A stretch of 64,000 bases of DNA from an uncultured Thermoplasmata archaeon (GTDB lineage Archaea; Thermoplasmatota; Thermoplasmata; UBA10834), in NCBI GenBank assembly GCA_964568665.1, contig CAZMPY010000005.1, forward strand, positions 128,742 through 192,741, given 5' to 3'. This document shows positions 34,095 to 42,819 of the stretch, in pieces. The translations under genes were made by a program, and so were the position numbers. How positions within the stretch are numbered: the stretch's first letter is position 1; each line of letters opens with the position of its first letter. Under the pieces are notes generated by a model. It saw only the letters and a program-made list of their open reading frames with translations, ran no database searches and was not told where the DNA came from.

Positions 34095-34504
34095 TCTATC
34101 CATTCTCCTTGAATCGCTACGCGGACCTGCCACTCGGCCAGGACGACTGCCACGAGCTGCGACCTGGTCCCCCAAACGGAAGCTGAACACACTCCGCAGG
34201 CTCCGTCAGAACAATCGCCCAGTCCCCGGGCACGCGCCTGCGAGCAAAGGTGCAGTGTTCCATCATATCGGTCCATTTTGGAATACGTTCAGCTTTTCGG
34301 GCCCAAACCTGCAGATATGTCAGTAATTTGTGGCCTCGTTCGCCGGAATGTGCTGCATATCTATTAACGTTGTGGTTCCGGGGGTCCCCAGAAGGCCGTG
34401 CCACACGGCCCGGATTCGGATTGCTGGCATAGGTGCCGCAAGCGCGCTCCTTCAACGGATCGGACGCCCTGCGGGAAAAGATACACGTTTGCGGGGCGGG
34501 AGGC

Positions 34505-35056
34505 TCAGACGATGCCCCTTCTGTGCTCCCACCCCTCTATGTTGGATTCGAACTGCCGGCGGAAGGCCCCGCCTCCGAAGGACTCATCAAGCTGTGTGAA
34601 GCCCCGGGAGACCGCATCCTGGTCCGCCTGGGAGAGGATGTCGTTCGCGAGGGGGAACAGGACGCTGTCCTCCTTCTGGATGTGCGGAACGAGGACGTTC
34701 ACATACTCCCTCGACAGGCGGACGATGTCCGCCTTCACCTTGTCCGTGAAGGGCTGCTTCGCGAGCGACGCGATCGCGACTGATCGGGACCGGCCCTCGC
34801 GGTGCTCGAAAATCATGATCTTCAGCGGTCCGGACGCCTCGGGCACCCCGCGCTCCGCCATCTTGGCGAACAGGTACGTCTCCTCCTTGATGTGGTGACA
34901 TCCCTCGATGAACGCCGTGGCGAAATCCGCCGCATCCGCGAAGAACTCCGGCGACACTGGCTCGCCGCGTTCGAGGCTGTTGCACCCGGTCCACATGAGC
35001 TTGAACATCCGCTCGATCAGCCTGTGCTCTCGCATCAGTTCATCGGTCGGGAGCAT
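34505..35056 (-). CDS. hemerythrin-domain protein
   Basis: 183 aa. LMREHRLIERM start, CHHIKEETYLF and IFEHREGR His/Glu ligand motifs of hemerythrin-like domains. TATA-like CTTTTATC about 30 nt upstream. Confidence 0.65.
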   Translation of the reverse strand: MLPTDELMREHRLIERMFKLMWTGCNSLERGEPVSPEFFADAADFATAFIEGCHHIKEETYLFAKMAERGVPEASGPLKIMIFEHREGRSRSVAIASLAKQPFTDKVKADIVRLSREYVNVLVPHIQKEDSVLFPLANDILSQADQDAVSRGFTQLDESFGGGAFRRQFESNIEGWEHRRGIV

Positions 35057-35163
35057 GGTACCTCATGGTCGAATATCGGGCTGTGAAGAGATAAAAGTTG
35101 CCCGGGGCGCTCTGCGGAATGTAAAAGAACAAGTGGTTTGGTGGAACGGGTTTGGAGCGTCGC

Positions 35164-36531
35164 CTAGCCGAGCCCTGCCTTCTTGATCTCCTCGACGATG
35201 GCCTTCTCGAATATGTCCAGGCCCGTCTCCAGGAGGTCCTGCTTTATGTTCAGCGGCGGGTGCAGCCTCACGACGTTGTTGTGCTGACCGGCCGTCAGGA
35301 TGTACAGGCCCTTCTTGAAGCAGTTGAGCTGGATGTTCCTGGCCAGCTCCGGGACCGGCTCCTTGCCCCGCTTAGTCTTGACGAACTCGCAGCCCATCAT
35401 CGCCCCGAGTCCGCGGACGTCCCCGACGACCTCGAACCGCTCCTTCCACCCCTCAAGCCGCTTCGTCTCTACGCGGTGGATCATCTTCGTGTTGGGGAGC
35501 AGCTTCTTGGTCATCTTAATCGCCTCGAGCGCTCCTGCGCAGCACACGGGGTTCCCGCCGAACGTGCCTCCGAGGCTCGCCGGCGGCGCGGAGGACATGA
35601 TCGCCTCCGTCCCGGTGACGCCGCCCAGGGGCATGCCCAGGGACAGGCCCTTGCCCGACACGATCATGTCGGGGTCCGCCTTCCAGTGCTCGATCGCGAA
35701 CATCTTGCCGGTCCTGCCGAACCCGGTCTGGACCTCGTCGTCTATGAACACGACGCCGTTGTCGTCACAGATCTTCCTGACCTTCTCCCAGTAGCCCGGC
35801 GGCGGGTTGACGAACCCACCCTCGCCCTGGACCGGCTCAACGACCAGCGCGGTGACGTCGCCCTCGAGGGGCTTCGTCTCCATCACGGTCCTGATCGAGT
35901 CGGCACAGGCCAGCCCGCAGGACGGGTACTCGAGGCTCAGCGGGCACCTGTAGCAGTAGGCGTAGTCCAGGTGCTGGACATACGGCACGAGCGGGTGGAA
36001 GCCCTCCCTGTATGGCTTCTCCTTGCCGGTCAGCGATATGTCCATGAAGGTCCTGCCGTGGAACGACGTCTTGTAGGACAGGATCCACTTCTTCTTGTTG
36101 TAGTTCCTCGCGATCTTGAGCGCGTTCTCGATCGCCTCGGACCCGCTGTTCAAGAACAAGCTCTTGGTCATCTTGCCGGGGCATATCTTGGCCATCTCCT
36201 CGGCGAGCTTGATGTACGACTCGTACGGCGAGACCATCACGCATATGTGTATGAACTTGTCGAGCTGGTCCTTGCAGGCCTTGACCATCTCCGGGGCCCT
36301 GTGCCCGCAGTTGTGGACACCGATCCCGACAGTGAAGTCCAGGAATACGTTGCCGTCGACGTCCCTGAGGAACGGTCCCTCGGCGACCTCGAGCGCCGTC
36401 GGAAGGCCGATCCTTATGCCGGTCGTGACGCACTTCTCCTTGCGAGCCAGTATCTTCCTCGACTTGGGCCCTGGCGGCTCCACCACTATCTTCGGACCCT
36501 TCAGGTTCCATTTCTTCGATGTGTTTGCCAA
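35164..36531 (-). CDS. class-III PLP aminotransferase (GABA/beta-alanine/omega-amino acid type), paralog A
   Basis: 455 aa (TTG start after GGAGTGAGG). LVVEPVQGEGGF, DDEVQTGFGRTGKMFA, SGKGLS (Lys site), GGTFGGNP. Confidence 0.85.
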   Translation of the reverse strand: MANTSKKWNLKGPKIVVEPPGPKSRKILARKEKCVTTGIRIGLPTALEVAEGPFLRDVDGNVFLDFTVGIGVHNCGHRAPEMVKACKDQLDKFIHICVMVSPYESYIKLAEEMAKICPGKMTKSLFLNSGSEAIENALKIARNYNKKKWILSYKTSFHGRTFMDISLTGKEKPYREGFHPLVPYVQHLDYAYCYRCPLSLEYPSCGLACADSIRTVMETKPLEGDVTALVVEPVQGEGGFVNPPPGYWEKVRKICDDNGVVFIDDEVQTGFGRTGKMFAIEHWKADPDMIVSGKGLSLGMPLGGVTGTEAIMSSAPPASLGGTFGGNPVCCAGALEAIKMTKKLLPNTKMIHRVETKRLEGWKERFEVVGDVRGLGAMMGCEFVKTKRGKEPVPELARNIQLNCFKKGLYILTAGQHNNVVRLHPPLNIKQDLLETGLDIFEKAIVEEIKKAGLG

Positions 36532-36580
36532 CCTACCTCACTCCTGTCCGTTGATGAATATGATTGAAAGGGGTTTCGGG

Positions 36581-36602
36581 GCCGCCTCCGACCGGAGGCG
36601 GC
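36581..36602 (-). terminator. perfect 9-bp GC hairpin between the two aminotransferase paralogs
   Basis: GCCGCCTCC-gacc-GGAGGCGGC at 36581-36602, abutting the stop codon at 36603-36605 of the upstream paralog. Confidence 0.35.
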
Positions 36603-37961
36603 TCACATGTCCTTCTCTACCTCCGTGATCGATTCCTCGAGCGCATCCAGCCCGAAGTCGACCTGGTCCCTGCTGATGCACAGGGGCGGGGCGATCCTGA
36701 AGGAGCTGGGGCCTGCGCCTATGGCGACGACGCCCTTCTTCCACGCGTGGTGGATGATGTCGTGGGCCATGTCCCCGCCAGGCTTCTTCGTCTCCTTGTC
36801 CTGGACTATCTCGACGCCGATCATCAGCCCCTTGCCTCTGACGTCGCCGACGATCTTCGAGGTCCTCTGGAACTCCCTCATGCGCTTCATGATGTACTCG
36901 CCCTGCTTCGTCGCGTTCTCCATCAGCCGCTCCTTCTCGATCACGCGGATGGTAGCGAGGGACGCCTCGCACGCCACGGGCGTCCCCCCGAGGGTCGTGC
37001 AGTGCGAGCCCGGCTCCCAGTCGAAGATGTCCGCCCTGCCGATGGTCGCCCCGAGCGAGATGCCGCCCCCGAGCGCCTTAGAGCTGCAGATGATGTCCGG
37101 CACGACGCCGTAGTGCTCGATCGCCCACCACTTGCCGGTCCTGGCGAAGCCGCACTGGACCTCGTCGACGGCGTAGAGGATGCCGTACTTGTCGTACAGC
37201 TTCTTCAGCCGCTGGTGGTACTCCTTCGGAGGCACGACGTATCCGCCCTCTCCCTGGATCGGCTCGATCAGGCTGGCCGCGACCTCGTCCGGCGGCACGT
37301 ACTTCTTGAGGACATAGTCGTCGATGAAGTCGACGCACCAGTAGTTGCAGTCGGGGTAGGTCATCTTGTAGGCGCACCTGTAGCAGTAGGCGTAGGGCAC
37401 GTGGTACACGCCAGGCATGGTCGGGAAGTACCTCGCCTTCTGCACGATCGAGCTCGCCGTGAAACTGAGCGCGCCCATGGAACGCCCGTGGAACGCGCCC
37501 GTGTACGCCATGAACAGCGGGCGCTTGCTGTGCCACCTCGAGACCTTCGCGAAGGCCTCGATGCTCTCGGCGCCGCTGCCGCTGAAGAACACCTTCTTCT
37601 TGAAATCACCAGGCGTGATGCCACTGAGCTTCTCGGCCAGCTGCACAGCGTACCTGTAGTAGAAGTCCGTGTACGAATAGTGCAACAGACGTTCTGACTG
37701 GTCCTTGATGGCCTTCACCACCTCTGGATGGCAGTGCCCGACATTCATCGCGCCCAGGCCGCTGTTGAAGTCCACGTACTCGTTGCCATCGACGTCCTCG
37801 ATGATGCACCCCTTGCCCTTCTCCACCACCATCGGGTAGTAGTAGGGCCGGTTGTACGGCGACAAGACGGCCTTGTCCCTCTTGACCCAATCCTTAGCTT
37901 TCGGTCCTGGGGGATCACACACTCTTTTCAAAGAAACCTTCTTCTTTCGCTCAGTGTTCAA
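36603..37961 (-). CDS. class-III PLP aminotransferase, paralog B
   Basis: 452 aa. LIEPIQGEGGY, VDEVQCGFARTGKWWA, SSKALGGG, TTLGGTP. Collinear with paralog A. Confidence 0.85.
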   Translation of the reverse strand: MNTERKKKVSLKRVCDPPGPKAKDWVKRDKAVLSPYNRPYYYPMVVEKGKGCIIEDVDGNEYVDFNSGLGAMNVGHCHPEVVKAIKDQSERLLHYSYTDFYYRYAVQLAEKLSGITPGDFKKKVFFSGSGAESIEAFAKVSRWHSKRPLFMAYTGAFHGRSMGALSFTASSIVQKARYFPTMPGVYHVPYAYCYRCAYKMTYPDCNYWCVDFIDDYVLKKYVPPDEVAASLIEPIQGEGGYVVPPKEYHQRLKKLYDKYGILYAVDEVQCGFARTGKWWAIEHYGVVPDIICSSKALGGGISLGATIGRADIFDWEPGSHCTTLGGTPVACEASLATIRVIEKERLMENATKQGEYIMKRMREFQRTSKIVGDVRGKGLMIGVEIVQDKETKKPGGDMAHDIIHHAWKKGVVAIGAGPSSFRIAPPLCISRDQVDFGLDALEESITEVEKDM

Positions 37962-38038
37962 TATACCCCTCTCTCGGGCTCTGATTCACGTGAACGCGCA
38001 ACACGTAGTTTAGACTTTCTCTAGGTCGGGGGTCACGG

Positions 38039-38935
38039 ATGAAAAGCTTATTCGAGGACAGGCGCATGGCAGTCCGCATGCCAACCCTGCTTATCAGGTA
38101 CGGCGAGCTCGGCCTCAAGAGCGAGAGCGTGCGAAGGCGGTTCGAGCAGGCGCTGGTCCAGGACATACGCAGGAAACACCTCCTCGCGAAGGTGCCCTGC
38201 CTGATCTCATCCAAGCGCGGGAGGGTGTACGTGGACTCCGACGACTGGAAGAGGAGCTGCGAGCTGCTCTCCCACACCTTCGGCGTCGTGTCGTTCAGCC
38301 CTGTGACGAAAGCCTCCAGCGACCTCGCCACGCTCGAGAAGGCGGCAATCGAATACTCGGAGCCCCTGCTGTCGAAGGGAGCGACCTTCGCGGTCAGGAC
38401 GCGGAGGACGGGCACCCACCCGTACACGAGTCAGACGCTGGCCGCAAGGCTCGGCGAGGTCTTGCTCGAGAAGTTCGCGGACAGGGGCATAAGGGTGGCG
38501 CTCGATGAGCCGGACGTGGAGCTCTTCGTGGAGGTCCGCGAGCGGGAGGCGGCCCTGTACAGCACGGTGCTCCCGGGGCCAGGCGGGATGCCGAAGGGCA
38601 CCCAGGGAAGGCTGCTTTCGGTCGTGGACTCCGCAGACGGGGTCGCCTCCTCGTGGCTCCTGATGAAGAGAGGATGCTCCGTGATCGTGACCGGGCCCGA
38701 CCGTCGGCTCGTCGAGCCGCTCCTCCGCTGGGACCCCGACCTCAGGTTCGCCGAGCGCAACGGGGATCTGGTGTCCCAGGCGCGGACCAGCGACTGCATC
38801 GGGCTCACGCTCCAGCTCATGCTCGAGGATCTGACAGAGGGCCGGCCCCTGAAGGGAGACCTCCCGGTGTTCTATCCTCTGGTTGGAATGACCCGCGACG
38901 AAGTCGACAGGCTCCTGGGACGCATCGACGCCTAG
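38039..38935 (+). CDS. THUMP-domain ThiI-like protein with degenerate, shortened PP-loop domain
   Basis: 298 aa. [20 protein letters not shown] (ThiI N-terminus), THUMP-like middle. SVVDS at nt 38618-38632 where ThiI has [14 protein letters not shown] and [17 protein letters not shown] retained. Start could be ATG 38066 or 38078. Confidence 0.6.
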   Translation: MKSLFEDRRMAVRMPTLLIRYGELGLKSESVRRRFEQALVQDIRRKHLLAKVPCLISSKRGRVYVDSDDWKRSCELLSHTFGVVSFSPVTKASSDLATLEKAAIEYSEPLLSKGATFAVRTRRTGTHPYTSQTLAARLGEVLLEKFADRGIRVALDEPDVELFVEVREREAALYSTVLPGPGGMPKGTQGRLLSVVDSADGVASSWLLMKRGCSVIVTGPDRRLVEPLLRWDPDLRFAERNGDLVSQARTSDCIGLTLQLMLEDLTEGRPLKGDLPVFYPLVGMTRDEVDRLLGRIDA

Positions 38936-39663
38936 GTGCCCATCCTCTTGTGCGCACGCAGGGACGGCCTGACCTTCTCGGCGCCAATGCCCCTGGTCCT
39001 GACGAGACCCCTGCCCTTCTTGCCTGCGGGCGTGAGGCCCCTGATGGCCCTGTTCGTGTGCTTAGAGGAACATATCCAGCATAGCCTCGCGTCGGACTTG
39101 ATGACCGGGTGGTTCACGTCCACGAGTATGACCTCGTACCACTTGTGCCTGCCATCCTCTCCGACCCAGTAGGAAGCCAGGACCTCGAGGTTCGGGTACC
39201 GCTTGGACGTCCGCTCCTCGGCGATCCTCTGGATGTTCTTCTTCATGGTGATCTTCAGAATACCCTTCCTCTTGGGCTTGCGGCCCTTCCGGATCCTGTG
39301 CTTTCTGAGGCCGCCCTTCCGGACCTTCGCCCTGACGATGACGATGCCCTGCTTCGCCTTGTAGCCGAGGGCGCGTGCGCGGTCGAGCCTCGTCGGCCTT
39401 TCGACCCTGACGAAGGTCCCTTCCTTCCTCCAGTCGACGAGCCGCTGCCACATCAGCTGCTTCATCTCTGGGCTGGACGGGTTCTTCCAGGCCTCGCCCA
39501 TGAAATGATACATGCTCTTCGCTTTGACGCCTTTCTTCGCCTCTGGCACTGCCTCCGCGGGCGCGGTTGCAGGGACCGGGGTCTGGGCGGTCTCGGCTGG
39601 GGCCGCCTGCTTGACCTTGCGTTCCTTCTTGGGAGCGCTCTTCGCCTCTTCTGCCATGAACAA
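38932..39663 (-). CDS. rpl15e: 50S ribosomal protein L15e (ORF carries a 50-aa in-frame N-terminal extension)
   Basis: Canonical L15e begins at [12 protein letters not shown] (ATG 39513, giving 193 aa). ...[30 protein letters not shown]...[18 protein letters not shown]. The ORF continues upstream without a stop to TTG 39663 / ATG 39657. Confidence 0.85.
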   Translation of the reverse strand: MFMAEEAKSAPKKERKVKQAAPAETAQTPVPATAPAEAVPEAKKGVKAKSMYHFMGEAWKNPSSPEMKQLMWQRLVDWRKEGTFVRVERPTRLDRARALGYKAKQGIVIVRAKVRKGGLRKHRIRKGRKPKRKGILKITMKKNIQRIAEERTSKRYPNLEVLASYWVGEDGRHKWYEVILVDVNHPVIKSDARLCWICSSKHTNRAIRGLTPAGKKGRGLVRTRGIGAEKVRPSLRAHKRMGT

Positions 39664-39931
39664 TCACTCTTCAGCAGTTCGCGGGTTCACGCCCATGGGC
39701 GCACATCCCCTTACGAGACCGGCGTGTCTCGCCGCTGCGGCCGGAACAAAAGGATATGCCTATTTAAACGTGTTGGACAGGACGATCCGGTCCCCGCTCC
39801 GGCTATGGCCGGAGCCCGCATGCATCCAGCGGCATGGGCGCCTCACTATCATCGAGGATAATGACAGCACAGCCATTTATAATCCCTCGGGGAGCTGAGA
39901 GCTCAGAGCGTTCGGCTCGGAAGTTGGGCAA

Positions 39932-40402
39932 ATGGTACGGATACAGAAGGCAAACGGCAGCTTCGAGGAGTTCAGCAAGGGGAAACTTGAGTCGTCGATC
40001 GCAAAGACCGGGGCATCGGCGGACGTCGTGAAGAGGGTCGCGGCCAAGGTGCGGCCCCTGGAAGGAATGCAGAGCGGGGACCTCAGGCACACGGTGGCCC
40101 AGGAGCTCAGCAGGGAGAGCCCGGCACTTTCATCCGCGTACGCGTCGACCAAGAACCTCAGGGTACAGGCCGCAGAAGACATCAAGACGGGCGTCGCGAG
40201 GCTCCCGGACCAGATGCTGCAGTCGCTCGGTCTGAAGGCTGGCCAGAAGGCGCACCTAGCGTTCGGCGGCAAGAGCCTCGAGGTCAAGGTCGAACGCGCT
40301 CCAGGCATGGCGCAGAGGGAGATGCTTCTCAGCAGGTCCGACCTTCAGAAGCTGGGCGCATCGGAGGGCTCCCGCGTGGGGGTCATGTCCGAGAAGCGCT
40401 AA
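39932..40402 (+). CDS. ATP-cone domain protein with C-terminal beta-barrel (AbrB/VatN-N-like) domain, paralog 2
   Basis: 156 aa. MVRIQKANGSFEEFSKGKLESSIAKTG ATP-cone start. C-terminal LQSLGLKAGQKAHL and LQKLGASEGSRVGV half-repeats. Full-length collinear with 25511..25987. Confidence 0.65.
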   Translation: MVRIQKANGSFEEFSKGKLESSIAKTGASADVVKRVAAKVRPLEGMQSGDLRHTVAQELSRESPALSSAYASTKNLRVQAAEDIKTGVARLPDQMLQSLGLKAGQKAHLAFGGKSLEVKVERAPGMAQREMLLSRSDLQKLGASEGSRVGVMSEKR

Positions 40403-40425
40403 ACCACTAATGCTGGACTCGACGG

Positions 40426-42819
40426 CTACATGAAGTCGTCGAGCTTCAGCTTCTTATCAGTCTTCCTCGGCTGGGCCGCGGCCTTGGCCTCGCGCTTGAC
40501 CGCGTAGTCGTCGTCCTTGAAGGTCGCCTGTTGCACACCCGAGACCAGGGTCTTCTCATCCCATCCGAAGGAATCCGTTATGCGCGCGATGGTGCCCGCT
40601 AGCCTCGTGGCGTAGTATCTGAAGTCAGGCTTCGCGGTGAACGGCCTGCCCTCGACCCAGGGCTCGACCTCGGCGGGGGACCGCCGGCTGTTCGTCACGA
40701 CCCATGAGACCTTCATCCCGGGCATGATCTCGTACCCGAGCTCCTTGAGCTTGCGCGCGACGCGCACGTTGACCATGCTGTCGCTGGACTTGTACTCGCT
40801 CTCGTCCCTGACCGACCGGGAGATCACCAGCCTGGACGGGTCGACGGCGCCGGATATGAGGTTGTCGATCACCCCGCGCGTGTACGCGACCGCGCCCGCG
40901 TTGTCCCCGTCCAGGATCTTCTCGAACACCGCCTGCAGGGTCTCGCTCTGGAGGTCGAACGAGTCGGTCCTGCGCATCTCGTACCCGCGCACGACCATCT
41001 CCTTCCTCGGCCAGACCATGCGGCCGACATACCGCTTCTTCATGCCGTGGGAGAAGAACGGCTCCATGACCTTCTCGAACTCGAGCACGATGCCCTCCTT
41101 CGAGAAGCGCTCCGCGATCTGCTGGCCGAACGTCACGGTCTCCTCGACGGTCTGGTGGGGCGATATGAAGAAGACGGAGTCGGTGTCCGAGTAGATGACC
41201 TTGAGGCCCTCTGCCTCGAGCTTCCGGATCAGGTCCTTCGTGGCCTCCCTGGCGAAGGCAGTTATGCTCGCGCCGATCCGCGGGTCCGTGAACCGGTAGA
41301 ACGACGACGCGAGCACACCGTAGAACGAGTTCATGAGTATCTTGATGGCCTCCTGGAGGCCGTTGTAATAGTCCTTCTCATCCGGGGTCGCGGCCTCCTT
41401 CATGGCCTTCTTGGTCGCCGCCCGCTCCTGCATCAGGTCCGCCAGTATCTTCGGGAGCAGACCCTCCCTGACGGACCTGTCCAGGAACCTCGCGCCGGTG
41501 GGGGACACGGTCGACCCCGTCGGATGGAGCGTGGTGAAGCAGATGTTGTTCGATATGATCATGCTCGGGTACATGCTCCTGAAGTCGAGCGTCACCACCC
41601 AGTGGTACAGCCCCGGCTGCATCTCGTGGACGTACCCGCCCTCGATGGTCTCGGTCTCGTCCCCCGACCTCATGGTCATGGGGACGCCGACCTTGTTCCT
41701 GTCAGCCTGGCGTATGAGGATGGAGTCGATGAGCTGGGAGGTCGTGCCGCTCACGACATCGTCGAGCGGGAGCTTGGACACCGTCGCGAGGTCCATGCTC
41801 CTCTGCAGGATCGCGATCTTCTCCAGGATCTTGAGCGCGAGCGCGGCGTCCTGGACGCAGTACCGCATGACCCGCTCCTTGTCCGCGGCCCATTCGTCGT
41901 CCATCTTCTTCGGGTCCACGTCGTGCTTCTCCTCGCCCAGCAGGAGCTTTGCCACGGAGTTCAGGGTCTCCTGCTTCGGCTTCAGCACCTTCTTCACGGA
42001 CCACCAGGCGTCGACGATGATCCTGCCCTCGGCCCACCAGAACCTGTTGTTGTACTGCTCGAGAGCGCCCGGGTACCTCCCCCAGTGGAGCGGCCCCATC
42101 CTGAGCGCCTCGGCCCTCTTGACGATCTGCGGGATGTCGAACCCGTCTATGTTGTAGCCCGTGATGACATCCGGGTCCGTCTCCCCGATGTACTTCGTGA
42201 ACCCTGAGATGATCTCGCGCTCGTCTCCGAAGAAGTTCCTCGACTCCTCGATGCCGTCGCCACTGACGACGCAGCATATCGTGTAGATCTTGGGCGCCTT
42301 GAGGCTGGTCTCGATGTCGAAGCTGAGTATCCTCAGGCGGGGCCTGAAGGCCTTGATCTGCTCGTACCTCTCGGCCTTCACGACCAGGTCCGTCCTGTAT
42401 GTCTGGTCCTCGAACTCCTCGCCGAACACGCGCACGCAGGACCCCATGTCCAGATCGTACAAGAACCTGAAGTGGAACGGGATGTCAGCCGCGAGCACGG
42501 TGGCGCGCTCGATGATCGGCCGGCGTATCTCGGGGACGAGCCATGGACGCGTCACGACGACCTTCTTGGCCTTCCGCATGTCGCCCTTGACGAGCAGCTC
42601 GCAGTCCTCGAGTCGTTTGATCCGGTTGTCGTTCGCGAGCATCTCGAGGATGTCCGGAGGAGGCTCCACGACGTAGAAGTACGGCTCGAACCCGACATGC
42701 TTCACAGCTATGGATTTGCCGTCGGCGGTCTTCCCGTACATGTGGATCGCGAGCTCGCCCGCGACCTCCTTGTACGACACTCCGATGAGCCGGACGTCCC
42801 ACTGCCCCATCTGCATCAT
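40426..42819 (-). CDS. polB: family-B DNA polymerase
   Basis: 797 aa. Exo I SFDIETS, SMYPSMIISNNI (motif A region), KILMNSFYG (motif B), YSDTDSVF (motif C). No intein-sized insertion. Confidence 0.9.
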   Translation of the reverse strand: MMQMGQWDVRLIGVSYKEVAGELAIHMYGKTADGKSIAVKHVGFEPYFYVVEPPPDILEMLANDNRIKRLEDCELLVKGDMRKAKKVVVTRPWLVPEIRRPIIERATVLAADIPFHFRFLYDLDMGSCVRVFGEEFEDQTYRTDLVVKAERYEQIKAFRPRLRILSFDIETSLKAPKIYTICCVVSGDGIEESRNFFGDEREIISGFTKYIGETDPDVITGYNIDGFDIPQIVKRAEALRMGPLHWGRYPGALEQYNNRFWWAEGRIIVDAWWSVKKVLKPKQETLNSVAKLLLGEEKHDVDPKKMDDEWAADKERVMRYCVQDAALALKILEKIAILQRSMDLATVSKLPLDDVVSGTTSQLIDSILIRQADRNKVGVPMTMRSGDETETIEGGYVHEMQPGLYHWVVTLDFRSMYPSMIISNNICFTTLHPTGSTVSPTGARFLDRSVREGLLPKILADLMQERAATKKAMKEAATPDEKDYYNGLQEAIKILMNSFYGVLASSFYRFTDPRIGASITAFAREATKDLIRKLEAEGLKVIYSDTDSVFFISPHQTVEETVTFGQQIAERFSKEGIVLEFEKVMEPFFSHGMKKRYVGRMVWPRKEMVVRGYEMRRTDSFDLQSETLQAVFEKILDGDNAGAVAYTRGVIDNLISGAVDPSRLVISRSVRDESEYKSSDSMVNVRVARKLKELGYEIMPGMKVSWVVTNSRRSPAEVEPWVEGRPFTAKPDFRYYATRLAGTIARITDSFGWDEKTLVSGVQQATFKDDDYAVKREAKAAAQPRKTDKKLKLDDFM

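Noticed and set aside
32679-34112. 477-aa plus-strand ORF
   Set aside because: Antisense to the semialdehyde dehydrogenase gene, which has the catalytic Cys and NAD-binding motifs.
35152-36567. 471-aa plus-strand ORF
   Set aside because: Antisense shadow of the class-III aminotransferase (35164..36531). Low-complexity R/L/P/D/H-rich translation.
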